Assembly (NCBI GenBank): GCA_020058315.1
Contig: JAGVEK010000484.1
Location: 1 to 34,113 of the forward strand
Reading direction: 5' to 3'
Source: Candidatus Zixiibacteriota bacterium
GTDB lineage: Bacteria; Zixibacteria; MSB-5A5; WJJR01
DNA length: 34,113 nt
The notes under the pieces are model-generated. The model was given only the letters and a program-made list of their open reading frames with translations, ran no database searches and was not told the origin of the DNA. Position numbers and translations under genes: made by a program. Position 1 is the stretch's first letter. Each line of letters opens with the position of its first letter. Shown here piece after piece: positions 25,638 to 34,112 of this stretch.

Positions 25638-26265
25638 GCTTTGACCTTCCAAGCCCAACTGGTCGCCGTTTGCCAGGCGCAGGGCGCCTTCGGAGTGCGA
25701 ATCTGCCGCGCACGCGGGAACGCCAGAATGCCGTAATCTCATCTACAGCCAGGGCTGATGCAGGGATCAGCCCTGTTCCGTATCGAGGGTCGTAGCGCTC
25801 GGCGTACAGGGCAGCGAGGCGATACCCGGTGCGAACCGACTCCCAGGGTCGCAGCACGCACTCCATCGCGTACTCCGCCAGCAGACCTTCCTTATAGTGG
25901 ATGATGCGGACATCGGCCCAGCGATGATGCTCAACCTCGCTTTGTGAATCCCGGAGGTCTTCGTACGCGGCCCGCAACGCCTCGCGACATACCGACCCCG
26001 GCCTGCGAAGATGCGATCGGATGACCCTCACCGCGCGATCGATCAGCGGGCGAAACTTCTTCTTGGCCTTGGGTCGGGCCAATTGGGTCAAGTGCAGCCC
26101 GAATGCAACCGTATCCGCCGGATCCGAGCAAAACTCCTTGAGCAGAGTGAGCCGCGTGATCTGGAAATGCTGGCCGTTTCGCAGCTGGGCGGCGATTTCG
26201 ACCAAGCGATTGATCTTCACCGCCGCTTTGTCTGGATCAATCACGTTCAATGGTGCTCCCATCAT
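25621..26265 (-). CDS. Hypothetical protein
   Basis: Protein-like core FQITRLTLLKEFCSD...YAERYDPRYGTGLIP. Start uncertain. The stop lies inside the inverted origin repeat. Confidence 0.75.
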   Translation of the reverse strand: MMGAPLNVIDPDKAAVKINRLVEIAAQLRNGQHFQITRLTLLKEFCSDPADTVAFGLHLTQLARPKAKKKFRPLIDRAVRVIRSHLRRPGSVCREALRAAYEDLRDSQSEVEHHRWADVRIIHYKEGLLAEYAMECVLRPWESVRTGYRLAALYAERYDPRYGTGLIPASALAVDEITAFWRSRVRGRFALRRRPAPGKRRPVGLGRSKQTVRS

Positions 26266-26332
26266 ACCACCGACACCGTGGCCTCAATCGATCCGCGGCT
26301 TGCTGCCGCAATGCGAGTACCGCGCGGGGACA

Positions 26333-26347
26333 GCACAGTTTTATATA
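26333..26347 (+). promoter_or_regulatory. BRE/TATA-like box for the Zn-ribbon operon
   Basis: GCACAGT-TTTATATA; 23 nt later SD GAGGTGATC begins at 26371. Confidence 0.6.
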
Positions 26348-26383
26348 CCAGGGTCCCTCCCATGTCCCGCGAGGTGATCAATC

Positions 26384-26710
26384 ATGGGAAGGCGATACAA
26401 GTGCGTTTGGTGCAGTTCCGGCGAGACGACCGGCAAAGGGGTTCGGCGCACAAAGACGATGGGGAATCGGCGAATTTGCCGCTGTAAGGCCTGCGGCCGA
26501 AAGTTCACGCCGAAATACCAGCCTGAAGTCTCGGTGACTTCGGGCCCTGATCAAACACGATCGTCGGCCATCGATCCGCAGAAGCTTGCGAAGCCTGCGC
26601 AACTCTGCAACTCAGCCCCAAAACAAGATCAGGCCAGCACTCCCATCGGCTATAAACCCGAGCAAGGAGACGCCGAACACGGCCTTTCGGAGAATGGCCC
26701 CAGCGCTTGA
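26384..26710 (+). CDS. Zn-ribbon protein (InsA-like CxxC...CxxC) with disordered tail
   Basis: YKCVWCSSGETTGKGVRRTKTMGNRRICRCKACGRKFTP; GAGGTGATC RBS. Confidence 0.78.
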   Translation: MGRRYKCVWCSSGETTGKGVRRTKTMGNRRICRCKACGRKFTPKYQPEVSVTSGPDQTRSSAIDPQKLAKPAQLCNSAPKQDQASTPIGYKPEQGDAEHGLSENGPSA

Positions 26711-27500
26711 CCGCTCCGGGCTCCTCACCCGCACCTTCCAGATGAGCGAGGCGGTCGAGCGGTTTGTCGGCGCCGCACGGGCGTTCTTCTACGAGGTCGC
26801 GCTGTCGGGTCGGCAATGTCCCGTCTGCGGTGGTCGCCTAGCGATGAGCGGTGAAAGTCGCTGTCGTTGCGAGACCTGCGGGCAGGAGTCGGACCCGACA
26901 TGTGCGTTCCAGCGGTGCCCGGCGTGCGGAGGCAGCCCACGGCTCCGCGTCCGGCGATATGAGTGCGAAATCTGCGGCATGGACATGCCGTCGCGTTTCG
27001 TCTTCGACGGATTGGTGTTCGATGTCGAGTACTTTCGGCAGAAGATGGAGGAGCATCGCCAGAGGACCGCGGGGCGTATGGAGCGTGTCCGTGAGATGCT
27101 TGCGGCGAGCCGATCGCCGGCAATCGCGGCAGGCCCGTTGGACCTGGCCAATCATCCCGGCTTGCTTGATGCACTGGACGCACTGGTAGACGGCTCTCCC
27201 GTCGCCCTCCAAATCGAGCCGCGCTCGAGATTCGATCTCAAGGCCTACCAGGCGCATGTACAGGCTAATCTTGGGACACTCGGGCGCGACTTCGATGAGA
27301 TCCCCGCCCTGCGATCTGATGACCGGTTTGACCGCGTGTGGCGGTTTATCGCGGTCATATTCCTCGCCCACGAGGGTCGCGTGAGGGTCGTTCAGGATGG
27401 CGAGGAGATCATGGTGATGCAACGTGAAACTGACCGAGAAGGACAAGACATTTCTGGAGAACTTGAAGAGGCTGATGGAGTCGAAGGACTTGTGGGTTGA
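26694..27500 (+). CDS. Double Zn-ribbon protein with ScpA/kleisin-like C-terminal winged helix
   Basis: CPVC, CETC, CPAC and CEIC pairs. C-terminal DRVWRFIAVIFLAHEGRVRVVQDGEEIMV resembles the ScpA 'FLALLxLxxxGxIxxxQ...I' motif. Start 26694 or 26742. Confidence 0.75.
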   Translation: MAPALDRSGLLTRTFQMSEAVERFVGAARAFFYEVALSGRQCPVCGGRLAMSGESRCRCETCGQESDPTCAFQRCPACGGSPRLRVRRYECEICGMDMPSRFVFDGLVFDVEYFRQKMEEHRQRTAGRMERVREMLAASRSPAIAAGPLDLANHPGLLDALDALVDGSPVALQIEPRSRFDLKAYQAHVQANLGTLGRDFDEIPALRSDDRFDRVWRFIAVIFLAHEGRVRVVQDGEEIMVMQRETDREGQDISGELEEADGVEGLVG

Positions 27501-27903
27501 ACTCAAGCCCGGCCAACCCAGCCACATGGTCCTTCGCGGTACCTACGGAGAGAAAGTTTATCGGGCCTTTCGCATGACTCGGCAGGGCGTGCGCTGGCGC
27601 TTCTGGCGTATCTATAATGATATCTACATTTCTGCGTTCGAGGCCATTCTCTTCGTGGAAACCACATTCGGCACTCAGCTCCGCGAACATGCGATCCGAA
27701 TCAGCAAGGAGCGGTATGCGCTGCGGCAGGAGGCGTTGGGAAGCGAGTTTGAAAGCGCGAGCGTGGTGCGGGATGGAAGTGACGATTCTCCGAAGGCCCC
27801 AGTCTCGGAGAGTGATCATACCAAGCACCCGGATCACGAACCGCATGACTCCAACGCGGCCGAAGGTGCTCAGCCTCAGGAGCCGCGAGGTGACGGCCGA
27901 TGA
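27424..27903 (+). CDS. Hypothetical protein, possible HTH
   Basis: GGTGA RBS before GTG; FRMTRQGVRWRF resembles an HTH recognition helix; overlaps both neighbours. Confidence 0.75.
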   Translation: MKLTEKDKTFLENLKRLMESKDLWVELKPGQPSHMVLRGTYGEKVYRAFRMTRQGVRWRFWRIYNDIYISAFEAILFVETTFGTQLREHAIRISKERYALRQEALGSEFESASVVRDGSDDSPKAPVSESDHTKHPDHEPHDSNAAEGAQPQEPRGDGR

Positions 27904-28319
27904 GCGAACCGAGCAAGATCGATTTCCGGCATCGGCGCATTCGGGAGATCGAAGATATCACGGACATCGTGGCGATGATCTTCCCAGGCAACACGAATCA
28001 GCAAAACGCGGCGGCACGGATACTTCTCACATTAAAGGCCGCCGCGGAAACGGTCCCATCGTTGCGAGTTCTTGAGGAACAACATGGCATCTCGCGCCGA
28101 ACGCTCGAACGCACGCGGGCCAAGCTGGCTCATGTTGGCCTGATCGAAAACATCGGGCCGCTGAGCAAGCGGGCAAATGGTCACCCAGGCTGGCGGCTCT
28201 CGGGGCGGATGAGCGGCGCGATGCGCCTCCTTGCCGAGAAGATTGATACATGGAAAACCGACACGAGGCCGGAGCGCCAAGAGAAGGATGAGAGGCTGGT
28301 AGGGATGCAGTTATCGTGA
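27900..28319 (+). CDS. Winged-helix DNA-binding protein
   Basis: LRVLEEQHGISRRTLERTRAKLAHVGLIE...GWRLS; GAGGTGA RBS; ATGA overlap. Confidence 0.8.
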   Translation: MSEPSKIDFRHRRIREIEDITDIVAMIFPGNTNQQNAAARILLTLKAAAETVPSLRVLEEQHGISRRTLERTRAKLAHVGLIENIGPLSKRANGHPGWRLSGRMSGAMRLLAEKIDTWKTDTRPERQEKDERLVGMQLS

Positions 28320-28418
28320 ACGACCCTATTGCGAGGGAAGCACGCCGGACGCCGCGCAGCGCAGGCCCGTGACCATAGGTGACTTGTGCCGTAACTGAGG
28401 CCTTCTTACGCTGGGCGT

Positions 28419-29516
28419 ATGAAAAGGCGAGTCTTACGGATCCTTTTCTATTCGATTGTCGGTCTCGCCGTTGTCACGTTAATGTTCTTCCTTTGGTTTT
28501 CGCACAGTCCAACCACGCAACTCATCGACGCTTCTGGAAAGGAACTTACCGCCGGTACCGCCCCCCAGGGAGATGAAGAGGTTCTCGACGGCTCGCTCTT
28601 CGAAGAGGCTCAGGCGCTGATCAAACGCAAGGAATTCGCAGCGGCCAAGGAGCGGCTCCTCCGGGTCATCGAGGAATCCAACCGCGATGGCGAGGCCTGT
28701 ATTCTCCTCTGCGACGTTTCGCGCGAGCTCAAGGACGTGGCGGCAGCCGCGGACTACGGTCTGAAGGCTGTTGAACTTCTGCCGGGCAGCGCCGAAGCGC
28801 ACCTCGCCTACGCGAAAGCACTCGGGGCACAACTCGCCGCCGACATGCAGAGCATCAGCGGCATGCTTGGCGCCATGAAGCGGCTGGGGCTCTTCAAGGC
28901 CGAGCTCAACCGGGTGATCGAACTGAATCCCCAGGACACCGAAGCGCGAACGATGTTGGTGTTTACCAATATGGCCCCCAAGCCCATCGGCGACATCGAT
29001 CGAGCGGTCGAGCTCTGCGGGGAGATCGAGGCGCGCGATCCTATCATGGGAAAGCAACTACTCGCCATGTGCTACCAGAGGAAGAAAGAGACCGAGCGCG
29101 CCATCGCGCTCCTGCTGGCCGGAATCGAAGAGTATCCAGAAGAATGCAGCCTTCACGCCGCTCTCGCGGATATCTACGCCGAGGAGAAACGCTTTGATGC
29201 CGCGGACGCGGAGTACGAGGCGGCGCGTCGTGGTGAGAAAGGTAAGGCCTACTACCGCTCGCTGTATGGCCAGGCACGGATGCGCATCCAGAACCAGTTC
29301 GAGCCCGCGCGGGCGGTCGAGTTGCTCAACGAGTTCATCAGGGGCGAGCCTGAAAGCGACGGCATGCAGACCGTGGCTCACGCCTGTTGGCGCAAAGGCA
29401 ACGCGCTCGAACAACTGGGCCGGAAACAGGATGCCCGCGAAGCGTACGAGGAGAGCCTCCGTCGGGATCCTAGTCTTGAACTAGCCAAGAAGGCGATCGC
29501 CGGTTTTTCTGAGTGA
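28419..29516 (+). CDS. Membrane-anchored TPR protein
   Basis: N-terminal basic + TM segment; TPRs such as AEAHLAYAKAL and ACWRKGNALEQLGRKQDAREAYEESLRRDP. Confidence 0.88.
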   Translation: MKRRVLRILFYSIVGLAVVTLMFFLWFSHSPTTQLIDASGKELTAGTAPQGDEEVLDGSLFEEAQALIKRKEFAAAKERLLRVIEESNRDGEACILLCDVSRELKDVAAAADYGLKAVELLPGSAEAHLAYAKALGAQLAADMQSISGMLGAMKRLGLFKAELNRVIELNPQDTEARTMLVFTNMAPKPIGDIDRAVELCGEIEARDPIMGKQLLAMCYQRKKETERAIALLLAGIEEYPEECSLHAALADIYAEEKRFDAADAEYEAARRGEKGKAYYRSLYGQARMRIQNQFEPARAVELLNEFIRGEPESDGMQTVAHACWRKGNALEQLGRKQDAREAYEESLRRDPSLELAKKAIAGFSE

Positions 29517-29854
29517 CCCACTAGGCACAGCCAAAGCGCCTATAATTGGCATCGGACGCCTGTTTTTCATTTGTCTCGACGGAAAATGCGATCCGAGTCG
29601 CAGCGTTTTTCCGACTGCCAATTGTAAAGGTCATTGCCAGCCGAACTGGTCATGAAGGACACCTGTTGGAAAGGCTTCACCGGAATGTCGCCTAGCGCGG
29701 CATCACCTTCTCGGGACGCAGGTCCGCCGATTTCGCCAGGTTTTTGGTACAATGGCGTTCGCGCACTCGCGGTGCCTGCGAATTTTAACATCGAGGAATT
29801 CGTGAGGTCTCGCGGCGGAGGGCTGATTCCGTGTTCGAGGGACGGACCCACTAT

Positions 29855-29886
29855 GGGATCAGCTGGGCCGGGGAAAGGCTGATCCC
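29855..29886. other. Inverted repeat next to the tRNA-like remnant
   Basis: GGGATCAGC (29855-63) / GCTGATCCC (29878-86). Confidence 0.45.
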
Positions 29887-30058
29887 GCTCGAATTGTCAC
29901 GGCGTGCAGCTTGGGAAGCCGACGCAGTCCGTTTCAAACCCCTTTGATGACAACAACTTAAACATCGATGGCGCAGGCATAGATACTGTTCTTGCGCTGG
30001 TGTGGGAACTGATTTCTGGGCTGTTTTCAGGGTCGTTCTGCCACGAATCTGCCACGAA
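29884..30058 (-). mobile_element. Putative att site / integrative element end: degenerate tRNA-Gly(CCC) 3' fragment plus arm-like repeats
   Basis: Minus strand GCTTCCCAAGCTGCA (29919-29905) matches the tRNA-Gly(CCC) anticodon arm, with TTCGA further on. TCTGCCACGAA x2 in tandem at 30037-30058. Confidence 0.45.
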
Positions 30059-30143
30059 GAAACGACCCCGTATACGCCTTTTGAAATACGGAGCGTATGG
30101 CAGGGAACCAATCCGCTCGTGATGTAGAACCGAATGTTACATG

Positions 30144-33100
30144 TTACGGCAACACGCCCGTGAAAACTCGCTGAAAGACGGCAAAATCCTTCAGGTCAAC
30201 GTCCCCGTCCGATTCGAGATCAGACTCCCTGCAGCTTTCAGGCATTGTGACTCCCGGTCCGGTAAGGCATGCCGAGCCAACAGCGTGGTCTTGCGCATCG
30301 ATGTCTCGGTCTCGGTCTAGGTCGCCAAGGATGAGGGGAACATGGACGACCTGTACATGGACATTGTCAGTCTCGTCCGCTTCATTCACCGAATGATCGA
30401 AGTTTGCAAGCGCGAAAACCTGCACGAAATCGCCTGGACGCAAGTCCCGCGTATCCCAAACGAAAGTGGCGTCGTAACTCCCGCCGGAAGGAACTGGATC
30501 TGTCGTGCCAACGCCGATCTCGGCACCATCGGCTGCATTCAAACGCCAGGAGACGCCAAACGGCCCAGTCGGTACCGACCCCGAGTTCATTAGGCGAGTT
30601 GTGACAGCGACAGCGGTTTCTGAGACCCGGGTGATTGGCCCCGACGCCATTTCGATGTTTGGCAGTACAATCCAAGCACTCACGGTATTGTTCGATCGAT
30701 CTCTGTCGTCTACGTTAAGATCCGGATCTACGACCACAAACAATCTATGGGGGACCTGCAGCGATGGAACATTCCAGGGGAAGAGAAGCTGTTCTGTTCG
30801 GCCAGCCATTAGGGGCGATGGCGATACCGAGACCTTTGCAATGGACGCACCGCCGTTGTTCGGATCGCCGTCGTACAACTCAACCAATGCGCCAACCACC
30901 GGTAAGTCGCCACGATTCTCAATCGTCGCTTTGATCGTCGCAGGTGACCCCGGAACAGGATTGGGCGGTTCGACAACAAGCGATCTCTCGACCACCGCAA
31001 GATCGTTCCCAAGCACGTGACGAAGTAGGCACAAGTCCGTTCGTCCCGGTTGTGGAACGTTGGTAAGATGATGTAGTTGTCCGCTGATTTCGATGTCCAT
31101 GTCGTTTCGTTCGGTCTGCGTTTTCAGGTAGGCAATCAGCAGTTGCGAACCATTGTACGCCAAGGACAACGCGGTCTCGGAGTGCTCATCTTGCGTCAAC
31201 TGGCGCGGAAGTGACCACTGATCTACTTCGACATCATAGAAGGCCGCCACGATGTCCACGCCTTCTGGGCCCTGTACGCCGTAAGCTACCGCCGCCCCGC
31301 CAGGCATAGTCACCCCATCCAACGATGGCGCTTGGTTGGCCAGGGTGTCTTCGGCATAAATGGGTCGTGCGTTCCAAGTGCCCAGAGGCGAGTACATAAC
31401 GGTTCCATCCGACGCCCAAACGCAGATGACTTCACCGTTGGGGGCTACCAACACCGGTAGCGCGTCCTCCACCGTGTCATTCGTCAGGCGTCTGGTTGCC
31501 TGCCATATGCCTCCTGCCGTCTCAAGTGCGTACAACTCGCGATCATCTCTCGTATCGAGGTTGCCGTCCTCGTCCACGGTGAAGACAACGTATCCCGCTC
31601 CGCCACTATCTTCAACAAACGCTAGGCCTAGAACGCCCTTTTGCCCTGACCACACAATTTCTGGGCTCGACCAGTTAGTGCCATTCCAATGGGCAAACAT
31701 GAGCCGGTCGCCAGAGCTAGAGTTGCCAGGACTTGCATCAGCCTCGTTCTGAATCCAGATGACACCTGTCGTGCCGTTATAGACGACTGGGCATGGTGCG
31801 CGATCGACCACATCGTTGTTTGCGACAAGGATTGGAGTGGTCCACTCTCCCGTCGCCCGATCAAAAAAGGAAGTTGCAATCTCCAGGTAAGGCGCGACAT
31901 CGCTGGGACTTTGTGCTCCAGAAACATCGCCATCGATCTGTTCCCAAACCGCAATGTCCTTGTCCACACTGGTTGCTGCGAGTACTGGCCCAAAGTCAGC
32001 CATGGCGTCGTCCGCAACCCGTTCCATGGTCCACGCAGCACCTCCAACCGAACGCACGGAGGCTATGTCGGTCGCTTGGTACCACGGTTTCGATGGATCG
32101 TGGAGAGCGTAGGCAACATGGGTCTGGGTCGAGTCCGAGATAAGAGACGGAGACGCAAGAGGGGAAACATTCGTGACCAGGATCTCCTCAAGCGCCGGAC
32201 CAAGCCCTTCCGCCTGGTTTGTCCCACGCCACAGTAAGATCTGGTCACGCCCAGTCTGGTTGGCTTCGCCCCAGCGTACTAGCTCAAAACCGAGCGGTCG
32301 CCATTTACCGTTCAGCATCGGGTCGCCGAGGGCGACCGAACCGAGCGCGCGCTCCTCGGTGCAATCACCGAAACAGATTTCGGTTCCCACTTCCTCAGTG
32401 AACTGGAACAACCACGCGTGGGCGAATACGCCGACATATGCAGCTAAGGTCAAACTTCTGAAAACCCATTCCGGGCATACCTCAAACTCGGGCGTCCCGG
32501 TTCCGCCGGCGTAGATCCCCACCTTAACGTCTTCGTCAAGTTTAAGAAGTGCCTGCGCTTCGATGCCCATGGTTCCAGACACGTTGATCGTATCCGCGCC
32601 AAGAAAGCATGCGTCGTTCCATGTTCCGAGCTCGTACTCGCCGGAGACCGTTGCGCCACCGATGAGATAGACGCGAACCTTGAGCGCTCCTACTACTTCT
32701 TTGACGACTGGAATTGTCAAAAGGAAATTAACCGCCGGCGCAGCAGGCGGGAATAGAACGCCGACAACGGCCACCGCCTTCGCTCCAACACCGGCCTTGC
32801 CCGAAAACGAAGCCTCCCAGCTTGGCGTAAGTTCCGGCGCGTCGCACCCTGCTAATGCGATATCGAGTTCTCCGGCAAGGCCGAGTTGCGCCTCTCCAAG
32901 TATTTCGACTGGGGTTCCCGGCAGATTCCACTCGATATCGAGGCCGCCAAAGCCGCCAAGAGAGCCACCAAAGGTCGCCCCAAGTAGGTCGTAGCTTAAA
33001 CCGGCGTTGTAGCCCAGCGATGCCTCGAGCTTCAGATCGTTGCTTCCTAGCGGCAGTTTCCAGTCATGCGACTTTTCCAATGAGAAATCCAATTTCAAAC

Positions 33101-34112
33101 TGTCGGGTGTCCACGGGATGTTGTCCTGATACCACGGAACGATAATGCCCGGGACAGGAGAAACGTGTACGCCTGTTTTGAAAAACGTTCTCCGGCCTTC
33201 ACCGTTGACGACCTCCACCATGATCTCACTGCAAGTGTCGACTGCGCTTGGTGCAGAGATGTCCAACGTGGCACGCGCCAGGCCTCCACCGAGGTTTGTG
33301 ATAACGGCTTGGTGCTGTGTCCCGGCAACCGTGCACTGCACCGACCCTGGGGAGCCATTCCAAGCAACGGTGGTTTCAAACGCCAGATTTCCTGGCATTC
33401 CTTCGATCAGGTGATGACCATTCGGTGAGTCGAAATCCAGCGTCGCCGGTGATCCCAGACCGGAGTTTGCTTGCAACTGGAAGGTCTCGTACTTCGCCTC
33501 GCCGGCGGCAATGGTGATTGTTCGTGTTGCAGAGTAGTAGCCCGTCTTGCTGATCGTCACAGTACCGGAGTTTGGTGGGAGACCGGTGAACTCAAACTCT
33601 CCTTGCTGATTGGTCGTGGTCGCAATGCCGGCAAACGACACAGACGCTCCGGCAAGCGGGCCCAGAACTTGGCCAAGAGAATCCGCTTCAACTGCGAGCC
33701 CACGCAAGCTCGCTCGGTCCGCAGCAATAACACAGCCAGTCGAGGGCGGCGAAGAAAGAAAGGGTGTGTATTCAACGAGTGGAAGATTATGGTTGTCGTT
33801 CCAGTCTTGAATCTTGGTGTTAATTGTCGCTGTGCTCGTCGTTCCCCACCAATTGTACTCCATGTGTATGACTGATCCGCTGGTTCCGACGGCAGAAACG
33901 GACGCAGAAGAAAGGTCGTTGTTGTAGAACTCCACGTCGGCATTGCTATGAATCGTGATGTTATGTAGATGAGAACAGCCCACCGACCCTGCGCTGCCGG
34001 TGTTGAAGGTCACCCGCCCCTCCAGCCGGGTGTTGGCGAAGCTCGCCTGCCCGCCGCTGTTGACGATGAGGTTCGTGCTCCCACCCGTGAACGACGCCCC
34101 GTCCGCAACCAA
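30144..34112 (-). CDS. Large secreted/surface protein, 5'-truncated: beta-helix end, carboxypeptidase-regulatory-like domain, beta-rich region, two CARDB domains, dockerin-like C-terminus
   Basis: MEYNWWGT; ATTTNQQGEFEFTGLPP..TVTISKTGY; ATIENRG...VVVDPDLNVDDRDRSNN; VNEADETDN; GDLDRDRDIDAQD...DLESDGDVDLKDFAVFQ. Confidence 0.9.
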   Translation of the reverse strand: MVADGASFTGGSTNLIVNSGGQASFANTRLEGRVTFNTGSAGSVGCSHLHNITIHSNADVEFYNNDLSSASVSAVGTSGSVIHMEYNWWGTTSTATINTKIQDWNDNHNLPLVEYTPFLSSPPSTGCVIAADRASLRGLAVEADSLGQVLGPLAGASVSFAGIATTTNQQGEFEFTGLPPNSGTVTISKTGYYSATRTITIAAGEAKYETFQLQANSGLGSPATLDFDSPNGHHLIEGMPGNLAFETTVAWNGSPGSVQCTVAGTQHQAVITNLGGGLARATLDISAPSAVDTCSEIMVEVVNGEGRRTFFKTGVHVSPVPGIIVPWYQDNIPWTPDSLKLDFSLEKSHDWKLPLGSNDLKLEASLGYNAGLSYDLLGATFGGSLGGFGGLDIEWNLPGTPVEILGEAQLGLAGELDIALAGCDAPELTPSWEASFSGKAGVGAKAVAVVGVLFPPAAPAVNFLLTIPVVKEVVGALKVRVYLIGGATVSGEYELGTWNDACFLGADTINVSGTMGIEAQALLKLDEDVKVGIYAGGTGTPEFEVCPEWVFRSLTLAAYVGVFAHAWLFQFTEEVGTEICFGDCTEERALGSVALGDPMLNGKWRPLGFELVRWGEANQTGRDQILLWRGTNQAEGLGPALEEILVTNVSPLASPSLISDSTQTHVAYALHDPSKPWYQATDIASVRSVGGAAWTMERVADDAMADFGPVLAATSVDKDIAVWEQIDGDVSGAQSPSDVAPYLEIATSFFDRATGEWTTPILVANNDVVDRAPCPVVYNGTTGVIWIQNEADASPGNSSSGDRLMFAHWNGTNWSSPEIVWSGQKGVLGLAFVEDSGGAGYVVFTVDEDGNLDTRDDRELYALETAGGIWQATRRLTNDTVEDALPVLVAPNGEVICVWASDGTVMYSPLGTWNARPIYAEDTLANQAPSLDGVTMPGGAAVAYGVQGPEGVDIVAAFYDVEVDQWSLPRQLTQDEHSETALSLAYNGSQLLIAYLKTQTERNDMDIEISGQLHHLTNVPQPGRTDLCLLRHVLGNDLAVVERSLVVEPPNPVPGSPATIKATIENRGDLPVVGALVELYDGDPNNGGASIAKVSVSPSPLMAGRTEQLLFPWNVPSLQVPHRLFVVVDPDLNVDDRDRSNNTVSAWIVLPNIEMASGPITRVSETAVAVTTRLMNSGSVPTGPFGVSWRLNAADGAEIGVGTTDPVPSGGSYDATFVWDTRDLRPGDFVQVFALANFDHSVNEADETDNVHVQVVHVPLILGDLDRDRDIDAQDHAVGSACLTGPGVTMPESCRESDLESDGDVDLKDFAVFQRVFTGVLP

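Larger units (their letters stand above)
6250..28319. mobile_element. Backbone of a putative Orc1/Cdc6-replicated mobile element interleaved with cargo (boundaries unknown)
   Basis: ArdC-like, SSB-like, HerA/VirB4-like, Cdc6 + repeat origin, shared SD and TATA-like signals. No integrase in the window. Confidence 0.6.

Noticed and set aside
26384-26710. IS1 element (InsA-like Zn ribbon)
   Set aside because: No InsB/DDE transposase or terminal inverted repeats; the gene heads a coupled four-gene operon.
29884-29960. Intact tRNA-Gly gene
   Set aside because: Only the anticodon arm and a TTCGA remnant are recognisable; no D-arm or acceptor stem.
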